Shown: positions 20,555-30,811 of the stretch, in pieces
Position numbering within the stretch: the first letter of the stretch is position 1
Layout: the number at the start of each line of letters is the position of its first letter
NCBI GenBank assembly: GCA_963675595.2
Contig: CAXXLZ010000001.1
Span: 1,152,001 to 1,216,000 of the forward strand
Reading direction: 5' to 3'
Length of the DNA stretch: 64,000 nucleotides
Source: Thermodesulfobacteriota bacterium
Lineage (GTDB): Bacteria > Desulfobacterota > Desulfarculia > JACQYL01
Position numbers and translations under genes: made by a program
The notes under the pieces: model-generated
What the model saw: only the letters and a program-made list of their open reading frames with translations
Databases searched by the model: none
What the model was told of the DNA's origin: nothing

Positions 20555-21223
20555 CTACATCATGGTGAAGAGCATGCTCTGCACCTCGGCGTAATTCTCC
20601 CTTACAGCTCCCAGACCGCTCACCGGCTCCCCGTGCCCGGGCAGAATCCATTCACAGTCGAGTTCCGCGACCTTGGCGATGCTCTCCCGCAGCAGCTTCG
20701 TGCTGCCTTCCGGAAAATCGGTCCGTCCCACTCCCTGTTTGAAAAGCAGGTCCCCGGTAATGAGAGCCTTCATGGATGGGAGATGGTAGCAGACGGACCC
20801 GGGAGAGTGGCCGGGCGTGTGAATGACTTCCAACGTCATGGAACCCAGGTTCAGGAGACCTTCCCGAAGCAGAAAGGAGGGTTGGAATTCGGGTGGAGAG
20901 CCTCCCATGGCTTCATAGAACGCTCCCCCGGTCCCTTTGAGGTAGGCCGACTCCGCCTCGTGAAGGGCGGTTTTGGGCTTCCCCTTGGGCCATGCCGCTG
21001 CGCCTTCCAGATGGTCCGGATGGCAGTGGGTGAGGAGTATCAAATCGATGCTCTCGGGTGGAAAACCGTCCTGCCGCATTTCTTCGATCCGAGCTGAAAG
21101 AAGATGCTCGTGACCCGGGTCGATGACCGTTCGGAGGTCGCCGTCGATGAGATAGGCGTTGCAGTTGTTCTCCGTGAGGCCGGTCCACGGGTACCAGTAG
21201 ATGTTTCCGGCCAGATGCATCAC
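20555..21223 (-). CDS. MBL-fold metallo-hydrolase
   Basis: THCHPDHLEG, HTPGHSPGS, TGDLLF, PGHG; GAGGAG RBS. Confidence 0.92.
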   Translation of the reverse strand: MMHLAGNIYWYPWTGLTENNCNAYLIDGDLRTVIDPGHEHLLSARIEEMRQDGFPPESIDLILLTHCHPDHLEGAAAWPKGKPKTALHEAESAYLKGTGGAFYEAMGGSPPEFQPSFLLREGLLNLGSMTLEVIHTPGHSPGSVCYHLPSMKALITGDLLFKQGVGRTDFPEGSTKLLRESIAKVAELDCEWILPGHGEPVSGLGAVRENYAEVQSMLFTMM

Positions 21224-21320
21224 GTTCTCCTCGCGTTGAGCGGTAATGGGTATCACCGGGCCTGTTTCGGCAGACCCTGTCAAGCCCCCAGTTTTTGGTC
21301 CAGGAGTTATGAGAGTTTTA

Positions 21321-22226
21321 TCATGACTCGCGGTTTTCCATCCCCGGCCCTTGGGGCCTCGGCGAAGCCGAGCTGAGCGAGGCGGAGTCGAGGCCCCAAG
21401 GGCTCGCCGCGAACTGGGCCGGGGTCATGTAATTCAATGCACTGTGCGGTCTTTCCTCGTTATAGGCTTTCCGCCATTTGGCGGCCAGAGTCTGCGCTTC
21501 CTTGATGTTGTTGAAAATTTCCATGTTCAAGAATTCATCCCGAAAACGGCTGTTGAAACTTTCCACGTACCCGTTCTGCCAAGGGGCTCCCGGCTCGACG
21601 AAAAGGGTTCCCACTCCCAGGTCTTTCAGCCAGTTTCTCACCTTTTGGGCTATAAATTCGGGACCGTTATCCGATCGAATGCCCGTTGGAACTCCCCGCT
21701 CGCCCATCAATCGGCTCAGCTCGTTCAAAACGTCTTCACCCGTAATGGAGCGGTTGATCCTCAGGGCCAGGTTTTCCCGAGTAAACTCGTCGACAATGGC
21801 CAAGCACTTGAACTGACGGCCGTCGACCAAGCGGTCATGAATGAAATCCAACGTCCAGACATCATTTGCAAAAGCCGCCTTACGCTTGTTGCACGCATTG
21901 GCATCAACTCCCAGGAAGCGTTTCTTCTTGGCTTTTCGAGGTACCTTGAATCCTTCCTCTTTCCAAAGTCTATGAATTCGCTTGTAGTTTACCGCCCACC
22001 CCGCATCACGCAGCAGCCGAGTGATCCTACGGCATCCAAAACGGGGATGTTCTCCAACCAACCGGTGAAGAGCCTTGATCAGTTCCACCTCATCGTCCCG
22101 TTCCTTCGGCTCATAACGTTGGGTGGATCGGTGTTGACCGGCTACGCGGCAGGCCCGACGCTCTGAAGCGGCATGTTCACTTCGAACATAATCAACCGCT
22201 TTCCTACGACGCGCCGGGCTTAGAAG
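21321..22226 (-). CDS. IS3 transposase OrfB (integrase core), probably joined to OrfA by a -1 frameshift
   Basis: WTLDF, VDEFTRE, SDNGPEF, PWQNGYVESFN, YNEERPHSAL; slippery GGGAAAC at 22226-22232. Confidence 0.9.
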   Translation of the reverse strand, partial: LLSPARRRKAVDYVRSEHAASERRACRVAGQHRSTQRYEPKERDDEVELIKALHRLVGEHPRFGCRRITRLLRDAGWAVNYKRIHRLWKEEGFKVPRKAKKKRFLGVDANACNKRKAAFANDVWTLDFIHDRLVDGRQFKCLAIVDEFTRENLALRINRSITGEDVLNELSRLMGERGVPTGIRSDNGPEFIAQKVRNWLKDLGVGTLFVEPGAPWQNGYVESFNSRFRDEFLNMEIFNNIKEAQTLAAKWRKAYNEERPHSALNYMTPAQFAASPWGLDSASLSSASPRPQGPGMENRES

Positions 22227-22501
22227 TTTCCCTCCGCAAGATCCTTCAGCATTGCCTTGTCCAACATCAGATCGGCGACCAGCTTTTTTAAGCGTGCATT
22301 TTCCTTTTCCAGTTCTTTTAGCCGTTTGGCCTCCTCAGCCTTCATCCCCCCATACTGGTTTCGCCACCGGTGGTACGTCGCCTCGCTCACCTCCAGCGAT
22401 TGGCAAACCTGCGCTATCGTCTGCCCTGCCGTCAGACGACGGTCCGCGTCTTCAAGTTTCCGGATGATTTGCTCCGCGCTGTGTCTCTTTCTCTTGGCCA
22501 T
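22220..22501 (-). CDS. IS3 transposase OrfA (HTH)
   Basis: EQIIRKL, SEATYHRWRNQYGGM, LKELEKENARLKKLVADL. Confidence 0.92.
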   Translation of the reverse strand: MAKRKRHSAEQIIRKLEDADRRLTAGQTIAQVCQSLEVSEATYHRWRNQYGGMKAEEAKRLKELEKENARLKKLVADLMLDKAMLKDLAEGNF

Positions 22502-22903
22502 GCAAAAAGTCTCCTTCCGTTCTTTGGGCATTCAGACTCTCATTATACATGGACCAATTATCGGGGGGCATTCCAACCCGAAGCCCTTTTCTATCCACCC
22601 CGCAGCCCCGTGTCAATGCCGGCGTCATGGACATGGGATGATGCGAGTGTTCGGCGGAGGGGATCGAGCGGCTATCGGAAGACATCAACTCAATTAGTGA
22701 AACTATTCGGTAAATTTTGATGTAATTTCAGAAAACTACCTTGCATAGGCATATAATCTATGACATATAATATATATTTAGCCTTATTGTCGTATTATGG
22801 ATGATCAGCATGATTTGAAGCTGTAATCCCACAGCGCACGGGGCGATGAGAATGGAGAAGAATGGGCCTGACCAATAGATGAAGAGTGAAAGGAGAAATT
22901 CAT

Positions 22904-23440
22904 ATGAACAAACGAGTAACGGTTGCCGTGCTGATGCTGCTGGTCCTGTTTTCGTGCGCTCACACGAAGTACTTTCTTGAGCCCGTAAATTTCAAACACA
23001 ACTACCCGGCTGCGGTTCCGCCGGGCTCATTAGGGAGAATCTATTTGCAGGATGTAACCATCGGTGCCAATTCCGATCGTTTCGTCAAGCGAGAGCTTAC
23101 GAGGGAAAATTTTCTGGACGCATTGGAAACCGTGCTGTACGCCGTTGGCTATGAAGTGGTTGATGAGCCGGTGGCCCCGGATACGGCGCACCTGAGAGCG
23201 AAACTCTACACGGTTTCGAACAGGGGCGGCTGTAGCGGCGGCTGGAATACCTCACGACTGGATATCGTAATAACTCAAGCGAATGAGGTGGTGTTTCAAA
23301 AAGGTTATACCAACAAACGACGGGGACGAAGTGGGTCCAGGGCGTATACCGCGGCTGTTCGCGCATGTCTTGATCAGTTTTGGAAAGATCTATCTTCACC
23401 GAGGCGGATACGACAATTGAATAATGGTATTATGGGATAA
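22904..23440 (+). CDS. Putative lipoprotein
   Basis: AAGGAG RBS; signal peptide with lipobox LFSC. Confidence 0.7.
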   Translation: MNKRVTVAVLMLLVLFSCAHTKYFLEPVNFKHNYPAAVPPGSLGRIYLQDVTIGANSDRFVKRELTRENFLDALETVLYAVGYEVVDEPVAPDTAHLRAKLYTVSNRGGCSGGWNTSRLDIVITQANEVVFQKGYTNKRRGRSGSRAYTAAVRACLDQFWKDLSSPRRIRQLNNGIMG

Positions 23441-23445
23441 TAGGG

Positions 23446-24813
23446 CTAGTACGACCTAAGGTCAATGCGTTCCTTATTGTAAAATATGTATGAACGATCC
23501 GCTAGGACTTTTCCGGATATGTCGTCATTTGTATAAGAGCTAATGGAGTCTTTCGTTAGGTAGAACTCGTATATGGCGACATTTCTGTTGTTATCGGTCA
23601 CAAAGTTCATGTCGGTTGCTGCAACCTGGAATGAAATACCAACCACAGGAATACATTCGAATGCATCCTGAAAGAACCTGATTCCTTTTCGGACAATTTT
23701 ATCAAATAGATATCTGGAAATTTTATACTGATCGTTGAATTTTATATTCACGTTATTGAATATATTTGTATACGACAAATTGAATTTCATAAACGGCATA
23801 TTTTTGAAATTTTTGGAACTTACCGATAATATTCGACAATCGTGAATATCCATAAAATATTCGATGCCGATCCCTTTGTTCTGAATGTAACAATAAACGT
23901 CATCCTTTGCAGTACGTTCGATTAAATTTGACAGCTTTTCATGTCTGCTTCTGTGCTCCTCGTACAGGCTCTCCAACACATTGTTTGCAGCGACTATTTG
24001 TGTGTAAATATCTCGTACGCTTAAGTAGGCCGGATTATTAGTTGGGAGCCAATTGACGAGATAAGAGGTGATTGATCTCGAAAGGGCCGGCAGATTAACG
24101 GCCATTCTATTATCGTTGGTGTCCGAGTAGGACAGCGTGACGGATTCCGGTTTGTCGGTCGGTAAGAACTTGATCAGTACTTCATCCGTCCCGTAGTCGA
24201 GATGTTCATCCTTGGCTATATTCTCATAGGTATATCGGAATTTTATACATATTTCCCGATTGGGGGCCTTCAAATAGGAAGATGATATTTCTGCATTAAG
24301 GAATTGGCAGTACCTGGTTAGCCTGGTGCACTTAACAACGGATAATTGATATGGAATAGTATTTACTCTTCCTTCCGCGTGGATCCTATCCACTAAGTAG
24401 CGGACGGCCATTTCGAGATAGGTATTGGTATCTCTTAACAGGCTTAACTGCTTGAATCGTTGATTATTGTAGTCATCAATAGAGGCTCCATTTCTCGCCA
24501 GGAGTCTTATTTGATTCCTGAGCTCGCCGTTGTATAGGTTTTTATATTCTTCCCGCTTGCTTAGCATGCACTGCAATCCGGAGTCCCTATAAGCAGTTGC
24601 TGCATAAGGGTCCTTGTCGTTTCCAATCGAATACCGTTCCGGGTATGCACTTCTGAAGTGAGCCAACGACGATTGCTGTGACTTCAGCAGGAGTCCGTCC
24701 AGGGTTATGGACCTATCTATTGTTGTGTCTATGTCCTCGTTTTGGTGCGCACACTGAGCCGTCAAAAGAAGGATGAGAAGAAATACCGAACACTTCCATG
24801 ATGATGGGTTCAC
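23446..24813 (-). CDS. Hypothetical exported/lipoprotein, AT-rich
   Basis: 455-aa ORF; hydrophobic N-terminus ending TAQC; low GC relative to flanks. Confidence 0.7.
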   Translation of the reverse strand: MNPSSWKCSVFLLILLLTAQCAHQNEDIDTTIDRSITLDGLLLKSQQSSLAHFRSAYPERYSIGNDKDPYAATAYRDSGLQCMLSKREEYKNLYNGELRNQIRLLARNGASIDDYNNQRFKQLSLLRDTNTYLEMAVRYLVDRIHAEGRVNTIPYQLSVVKCTRLTRYCQFLNAEISSSYLKAPNREICIKFRYTYENIAKDEHLDYGTDEVLIKFLPTDKPESVTLSYSDTNDNRMAVNLPALSRSITSYLVNWLPTNNPAYLSVRDIYTQIVAANNVLESLYEEHRSRHEKLSNLIERTAKDDVYCYIQNKGIGIEYFMDIHDCRILSVSSKNFKNMPFMKFNLSYTNIFNNVNIKFNDQYKISRYLFDKIVRKGIRFFQDAFECIPVVGISFQVAATDMNFVTDNNRNVAIYEFYLTKDSISSYTNDDISGKVLADRSYIFYNKERIDLRSY

Positions 24814-25084
24814 TCTTTTAATCCTTGCGGTTTAAGGCGGCATGATCCGGAGAAGGGGACATGCAGTCACGGTGGTTCGTTGATACGGCCGTATAGGTCC
24901 GTTTATATCGATTTTTTACTTATAATAGACCGGTTCATTTTGTCAACCAAACGGATCACGGATTGTTTCGAAGGGGGCGGGGTGGGGGACTTAATGATTA
25001 CGATCGTCGTACCCATTGAAAGTCTCGGGCGTCGTCCGTTATACTTTTCGTCGTCACCTACAAGGAACGGAAAGGAGAAGAGAA

Positions 25085-25708
25085 ATGATAGTGAAGAGTT
25101 ACAGTGTGCTCGTTCTAATCGTGAGCGTGGTTTGGATCGCGGCCTGCGCATCCACGCCGGACACGCCGGAGTTTGAAGCCCAGTTCAACCAGAAGATATT
25201 CACCAATGTCGCCACCTCTCAGCAAATGAAAGTGATCGCTCCCAGGAAGTTGGCCGAGAACTGCCGGATTGTCCGCGACCCCGCCCAGGACCTTCAAGCA
25301 TTCTCTTCCGAGTTGGACGGCAGGACGGCCGAAGTTCTCGCCGGGCGGGGCATGGGGATCATGTTGCCGATTCAGATGGACCGATTCTTCCTCAACCCCA
25401 CGGTCATGGAGGCTCTTCCGGCGGACGGTACGAGTTACGGAGTCCTCTTCAGGCTTATTGACTATAAACCCGTGATCGATGAGGAAAACATCATTCATAC
25501 GGAAGTGGTTCTGTCCGCCGACGTGTATGATCCCGCGGGAAACAGGATCGCCCGGACGGAGGCGACGGGACGCGGGGTGCGCCGCAGGGGATACCGGTTC
25601 TATGCCGCTGTGGAGCTTTCATGCGCCAATGCCCTCGCGGACGGCCTGAACCGGCTCGGGGAGCAGTTGATTTCGGGTACGGTGGTGCCGGATCAGCTTC
25701 TGCGCTGA
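25085..25708 (+). CDS. Putative lipoprotein
   Basis: AAGGAG RBS; lipobox IAAC. Confidence 0.72.
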   Translation: MIVKSYSVLVLIVSVVWIAACASTPDTPEFEAQFNQKIFTNVATSQQMKVIAPRKLAENCRIVRDPAQDLQAFSSELDGRTAEVLAGRGMGIMLPIQMDRFFLNPTVMEALPADGTSYGVLFRLIDYKPVIDEENIIHTEVVLSADVYDPAGNRIARTEATGRGVRRRGYRFYAAVELSCANALADGLNRLGEQLISGTVVPDQLLR

Positions 25709-25719
25709 GACCCTCGGCT

Positions 25720-26316
25720 TTACTTCCGCGTAAGCTGAGCCACCAGGTTGACGAACTGGGTTAACATTTCCGGAGTGTGGTGGAACGCAATGCCGGCCAG
25801 TATCTCATCCGACCGGGTCACAATGTTGCGAACCGATCCTCTCAGATCCTGGATGCTGTGCGAGCCCGGCAGTCGGATGGAGATATCCACGCTTTGTCCA
25901 ACCTCCAGTATGTCGTCCCGGGTGGCCAGAAGACAGCCCTGCAGGGAGAGGTCGCGCAACTCCCCTATGCCTTTTCCGCCCGGTGAGGTGAAGCGGATCT
26001 TCAGATGGAGCCGGTATCTTGGAAAAGACCGCAGGGACCTTCTTTCGATCTCCGTGGGATACCGAATGAACAGCACGGGGTAGGGTTTGAAGATCGTATC
26101 AATGACCCAGGAACGGAAGCCCGTGTAGACTCCCTCGTCCACGTAGCGGAAGATATAATCGCGATGCAGATGCAGAAAGACCGCTCGACCCTCATGCGTG
26201 GGTATGTCGAGGATGACGTACTGATCCTTTTTCCAGCCTCGAATGGCCGAGAAGCCTTTCTTCTTGTCCGGAGTGCCGTCCAGTTCGACGGTCACCGCAG
26301 CGTCCATTGGGAACAT
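25720..26316 (-). CDS. Flagellar brake-like PilZ domain protein (YcgR-type)
   Basis: N-terminal PilZN-like domain; RSFPR (RxxxR) and DLSLQG (DxSxxG) c-di-GMP motifs. Confidence 0.85.
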   Translation of the reverse strand: MFPMDAAVTVELDGTPDKKKGFSAIRGWKKDQYVILDIPTHEGRAVFLHLHRDYIFRYVDEGVYTGFRSWVIDTIFKPYPVLFIRYPTEIERRSLRSFPRYRLHLKIRFTSPGGKGIGELRDLSLQGCLLATRDDILEVGQSVDISIRLPGSHSIQDLRGSVRNIVTRSDEILAGIAFHHTPEMLTQFVNLVAQLTRK

Positions 26317-26740
26317 GGCGGCCTCTTAACGGAATCCTAAAAGGTGATGAGTGAGGTTCGGCCCGGCTCCATCGACGGTGGGCCTCAAACGGCAGCAAGC
26401 GCCGACCGGGCTTGCAGGGCCTCCTTGAGTATAACCGAATTCCAGGGTCTGTTCGTCGAATTTCTCAGTATTCTGATTCCGTTGAATCAACGGACCGACG
26501 AGTCTTGAACGCACCAGCCGTTTTTCCCCATGGGCGGTCCGTTCCGGAATCTTTTCTTGGTGCTGTGGAATGCTCCATTCAAAAAGGGTGCCCAATAATC
26601 CATGCAGGTATGGATTGGGGTTTAGTTGCGGAATTTCTTGCTGTTTTGATCCCGCGGAAGAAACAGATGAGTGATCTGCGAGACTGGGGGGCTTCCCTCC
26701 GGAGACGCTCCGCTGTAGGCGGTGCGGCCACAATCCAAAG

Positions 26741-26790
26741 TTCCGTGGGGGCTGTGGGGTGCTTCTTTAAAAGCGCCCCACAGTACGGAA
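26741..26790. other. Long intergenic hairpin, possibly a terminator for the patatin gene
   Basis: CTGTGGGGTGCTT-loop-AAGCGCCCCACAG stem, extended by TTCCGT/ACGGAA. Confidence 0.55.
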
Positions 26791-26807
26791 ATTTCTGCAA
26801 TCAAGCA

Positions 26808-27917
26808 CTAGTCGCGCTCCATGCCGGTGAGGCGTTCCACCAGGGTTTCGAGCGGAGTGTCCATGAGCTCGTAGAACAAGTCCTGTAATATGGAGGACCT
26901 TTGGATGCACGCTTTCCAGCGCCGGATCCTTTCCCCTGGAGCTTTGGCGAACCGAATCCAGTCTTGGCGATCGGGAAGTCTGCCTTCGGGGAGGGAGGCG
27001 ATGAGTTCCGGACCCGGGGATACGGTGATCAGCCGGCTCAGGTTCCGCAGACGGCTTTTAAGCCTGCCTGCCTTCTTATCCAGCCAAGTGGGATACAAAG
27101 GGCCTCCGTGATGGAGGAGCAACGCAGTTTCATCCGGTTGAAGAAAAGGCTCCCGATTCCAAATGTAATCGGCCAGACCGCCGTCGCAATATACTCCTCG
27201 GGGCGCCGAGGGAATGTTCCGGACGCCCGCGACCTTCAAGGGGACCGCTCCGGAAGCGACCAGCACGTGGATGATGTTCTTCTCGGTCAGAGGCACCGAG
27301 GTCCAGTTGGCCAAACGTCTTACGGGACTGTGTCGGCTCTCGAGAGTCTCGAAGGCGACGCCTCGCCAGAAGAGGCCTTGGAATCGTGGCGAAATGAAGT
27401 TGGCCGCCATAGCCGCCGCGAAGCCCGTGAAGGACAAGGCAACGTTGGGATTCCCCAGAAAGGACCCGAGCTGAGCCGCGTGGAAGCACAGCTCGTATTG
27501 CGGATGTGACGGTAACAGACGAGCCGACTCGAGGCTGAGGAACGAGCGGACTGCTCGGTAGAGGGTTTCTCGACGATCATAGGGAGATTCGTTTGCATGA
27601 AAGTGCATGTGGATATAAGCTTCGCGAAACGCCCGGAGAGCACCGGGAGGATCGTAGGAGGAGAGCGCCGCCATGCGCCACGCCCCGGCGGAGGCCCCCG
27701 TCAAAATGATCTTCCGATCGTCGGACCCGGATAGCGCTCCGTGAGCGACGGCATCGTCCACACCGGCAAAAGCGCACCAACGGGGACCCGTGGCCGAGCC
27801 CGCCACGAGGCGGATCGTTCGCGGTGTGATACCCGTATCCCGGACCCTCGGCAGGACGTCCTTTCCGGCACGAACTCGGATCAGGCTTGGGATGGATCGG
27901 GAAAGAACGTGTTTCAT
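26808..27917 (-). CDS. Patatin-like phospholipase family protein
   Basis: GSATGPRW, GASAG nucleophile elbow, ASGAVP, DGG. Confidence 0.82.
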   Translation of the reverse strand: MKHVLSRSIPSLIRVRAGKDVLPRVRDTGITPRTIRLVAGSATGPRWCAFAGVDDAVAHGALSGSDDRKIILTGASAGAWRMAALSSYDPPGALRAFREAYIHMHFHANESPYDRRETLYRAVRSFLSLESARLLPSHPQYELCFHAAQLGSFLGNPNVALSFTGFAAAMAANFISPRFQGLFWRGVAFETLESRHSPVRRLANWTSVPLTEKNIIHVLVASGAVPLKVAGVRNIPSAPRGVYCDGGLADYIWNREPFLQPDETALLLHHGGPLYPTWLDKKAGRLKSRLRNLSRLITVSPGPELIASLPEGRLPDRQDWIRFAKAPGERIRRWKACIQRSSILQDLFYELMDTPLETLVERLTGMERD

Positions 27918-28048
27918 GAGGAACCGATTTGAGGTAGCATTGCGTTCGCTGAGATTCCTTTTGACTTTGCCGCTGTTTTAATGATAATTGTATATAACTG
28001 TTATCCAATTATACACGCCATATTTTTCTTCGAGAATCAACTCATCTT

Positions 28049-29467
28049 ATGGACGAAATTTACATTCCTCCAAGAGGCAACGGAAAACGGGCTTCCTACC
28101 GGCGTAAGCGCAGACCGGGTTACGCGGTGGGATGGATACGCAACCTCTCCGTGGGCTTCGTCGTGGTGGTGCTGCTGCTTGCAGCCCGCTGGCTGGTCTC
28201 GGATACGTCGGCGATTGTCTATTCAAGCAGTCTTTTCCCGGAACCGGTTCCGGAGCCGCCCAAGGAGCTGACCCGGGAAGAGGTGGCCGGGTACTTGGCC
28301 GAGCATTTGGACCTGCTCAGAGACGAAGACGTGGTTACTGCGTTCGATGAAAAGCTGGGTAAGCTATTCCTTTACACTTCCTTGAACCTCGATCTCCAGC
28401 AGAAATTGTCGGATCTTCTGAATGCAAGCCAAGCGGTGGCCGGAGCTGCCGTCGTGGTGGACCCTTGGAGTGGGCAGGTTTTGGCTTTGTCGGATTTCGG
28501 GACCGGGGACCCTCTCCCCGTCTGGGCCAAGGCGTCTCCTGCGGCCAGCGTCTTCAAGATCGTGACCGCCGCCGCCGCCCTGGAGGAGGGTTTGCTGACC
28601 CCCGACAGTACAATCCCGTATAACGGTGCCAAATACACTTTGTATAAAGGAAACCTGAAGCAAACCGTGAACAAATATTCCCATTATGTGCATTTTGACG
28701 AAGCCTTCGGGGATTCGATCAATACGGTTTTCGGAAAGATCGGAATTCACTACACCGGATTCGACACGCTGGCTCATTACGCACAAATGCTGGGATTCGA
28801 GCGGGAATTAGAATCCGACCTGCCGCTGGAGACGAGTCATATACTCCAGGCTGAAACCGAGTTTGAAGTGGCTGAACTGGCTTCAGGCTACAACAAGAGG
28901 ACCAAGATTACTCCCGTGCATGCGGCGCTTCTGCCCGTAACCGTGCTCAATGACGGGCTGTGCCCGCCCGTGGGCGTGATCCGGGAAGTCAAAGATCCCC
29001 AGGGACGGTGCCGATACAGCTTCGATCCCGGCGGGGGGCAAAGAGCCTTGACCGAAGAAGCGGCACAGAAACTGCGCATCCTGATGCAGGCGACGATTCG
29101 GAAGGGTACCTGTGAGAAGGCGTTTCGGTACGTCCGTGCGAAAGCCGACAAGGGAACCGTGGAAGTGGGTGGGAAAACCGGTTATATCGGCAGCTTGGAC
29201 AGGACGCTTCATTACGACTGGTTCACCGGGTATGCTTTGGATCAGAAGAACGCTCGCGCTCTGTGCCTCGCCGTGCTGCTGGTACACGGGCGGAATAGGG
29301 CGGTGCGGGCGAATAGAATCGCCGCCGCTTTCATGAAGGAGTTTCTGGATTCCAGTCCGGCTTCCGAGGGTACCGCCGTCGGTTTGAAACAACAAATGGT
29401 GCCGTCCACACTCCGACACGCGAGTTTGAAATCCGCCCGGTCCCTTGATCCCTCCATAATCCGGTAG
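28049..29467 (+). CDS. Penicillin-binding transpeptidase domain protein (PbpA-like)
   Basis: One TM anchor; SVFK (SxxK), SIN (SxN), KTG motifs. Confidence 0.88.
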   Translation: MDEIYIPPRGNGKRASYRRKRRPGYAVGWIRNLSVGFVVVVLLLAARWLVSDTSAIVYSSSLFPEPVPEPPKELTREEVAGYLAEHLDLLRDEDVVTAFDEKLGKLFLYTSLNLDLQQKLSDLLNASQAVAGAAVVVDPWSGQVLALSDFGTGDPLPVWAKASPAASVFKIVTAAAALEEGLLTPDSTIPYNGAKYTLYKGNLKQTVNKYSHYVHFDEAFGDSINTVFGKIGIHYTGFDTLAHYAQMLGFERELESDLPLETSHILQAETEFEVAELASGYNKRTKITPVHAALLPVTVLNDGLCPPVGVIREVKDPQGRCRYSFDPGGGQRALTEEAAQKLRILMQATIRKGTCEKAFRYVRAKADKGTVEVGGKTGYIGSLDRTLHYDWFTGYALDQKNARALCLAVLLVHGRNRAVRANRIAAAFMKEFLDSSPASEGTAVGLKQQMVPSTLRHASLKSARSLDPSIIR

Positions 29468-29570
29468 CCGCCGTTTCGCAAAGAGGCGGCTCCGGCGCTT
29501 CGAAGAAGCCGTCTTTGGCCGGCCCCGCCGGGTCTTTCCCATGCCGGCCGGCCCACTGTGGGCTCGGATG

Positions 29571-30311
29571 CTAAATCCTGAGCTTTGGGGACTCCCGAAA
29601 GTCCGTCGGCAGCTTGAGTATGTTTTCCGTCACGATTTCCGAGACCTGAATTTCATCCCTCCAAGAAGTGTCAATTTCGAGCAGAGCGGAGCCGCGGCCT
29701 CGGTTCAGTAGAAGAAGGGCCTCTTCGAGTCTCGCGGTCAGAAGCGTCAAGACTTGTGGATTTTCGTGGAGATGGAGCCAATGTTCCCGGGTCGTCAAAT
29801 GCACGGGGTATAATCCTTCGATCCTCTTCAGAATGCGCTGCATTGCCGTGTGAACCGGAGTTTTCAGATAGAAATAGCCGGTTCGGGGCGGGAGTCCGGT
29901 GACGGCAAAACAGACATCCAGGCGCTCCTCAAGACTCCACCGGCGGCTGAGATTAGGGTGGTAGAACTCCTGATAGACTGCGGAGTCCAGGATCGGACAA
30001 CGGGAGGAAAGCACGACCTCGGGACGGAATCTGCGGACCATCCAGGATTCGACAAAGGACAAATAGGCGATGAACAACACGCGGGTCTGACCGATCAGCA
30101 GTCTTTTTCGGGTCTGATCGACCTTCTTGAAAAGAGATTCGAAAAAATCGCCCGCCGAGGGCAGGATGGTTCTGATAGTGCCTCCTTGGCCCAGGAGGTT
30201 CGGACGACCGGGTTTGATCACCCTACGAAATGGGCACAACCCCTGTATCACTCGTAGCGTGGAAGTGCTCTTGCCCGATCCGTCAATGCCCACGATGGCG
30301 AGTCTGAGCAT
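29571..30311 (-). CDS. Thymidylate kinase-like P-loop protein
   Basis: GIDGSGKST Walker A; divergent remainder. Confidence 0.65.
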   Translation of the reverse strand: MLRLAIVGIDGSGKSTSTLRVIQGLCPFRRVIKPGRPNLLGQGGTIRTILPSAGDFFESLFKKVDQTRKRLLIGQTRVLFIAYLSFVESWMVRRFRPEVVLSSRCPILDSAVYQEFYHPNLSRRWSLEERLDVCFAVTGLPPRTGYFYLKTPVHTAMQRILKRIEGLYPVHLTTREHWLHLHENPQVLTLLTARLEEALLLLNRGRGSALLEIDTSWRDEIQVSEIVTENILKLPTDFRESPKLRI

Positions 30312-30318
30312 GGGGGAG

Positions 30319-30651
30319 CTATTTCTTGACCAGAGAAATCACCTTGCCGCGTCCCCGTTCAGTCGGATCGGTGGGAGGCGCGTTCACGGGGCGGAAGGGT
30401 TTGATCTTCTCCAGCCTCATGGGAATCGATTGCATGGTGAACTCTTCTCCATGAATCTGTCCGTCATCCAGAATCCAGACAATGGTCTGGAAGTCCAAGT
30501 TGTCCAAGCTCAAGGGAAGGAGTCTGACCTGCCACCAACCCGGTTTTCGGTCGGGCAGAATTTCCTCGACCCGTGCGAAGAAGCCCGGTTTAGTTTCCAC
30601 ATGAATGACGACCAGGTCGTTTTCGACGATGGGTGCCGCAGTCTCTTTCAT
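30319..30651 (-). CDS. Conserved hypothetical protein
   Basis: GAGAGG RBS; FFARVEEI.PD.KPGWWQV, WILDD..I.GEEFTM, C-terminal KVISL. Confidence 0.75.
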   Translation of the reverse strand: MKETAAPIVENDLVVIHVETKPGFFARVEEILPDRKPGWWQVRLLPLSLDNLDFQTIVWILDDGQIHGEEFTMQSIPMRLEKIKPFRPVNAPPTDPTERGRGKVISLVKK

Positions 30652-30811
30652 CGTTTCGCCTCTCATTCGGTAATGATGCAGTCTATTCGGTACAGGCCGC
30701 GGCTTCAAAGAAAAAACGCCGAGGTGAGGCGGATGATGTGGAAACCTGCCATGGGAGGGGTGACTTCACCAAGCGAGGCATGGTATGGAATCTTTGGAAC
30801 CCGGATTAGCG

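Larger units (their letters stand above)
21278..22575 (-). mobile_element. IS3-family insertion sequence (IS407-like) with 4-bp target duplication ACCC
   Basis: Imperfect TIRs TGTCAAGCCCCCAGTTTTTGGTCCAGGAGTTATGAGAGT and TGGAATGCCCCCCGATAATTGGTCCATGTATAATGAGAGT; ACCC at 21274-21277 and 22576-22579. Confidence 0.93.
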
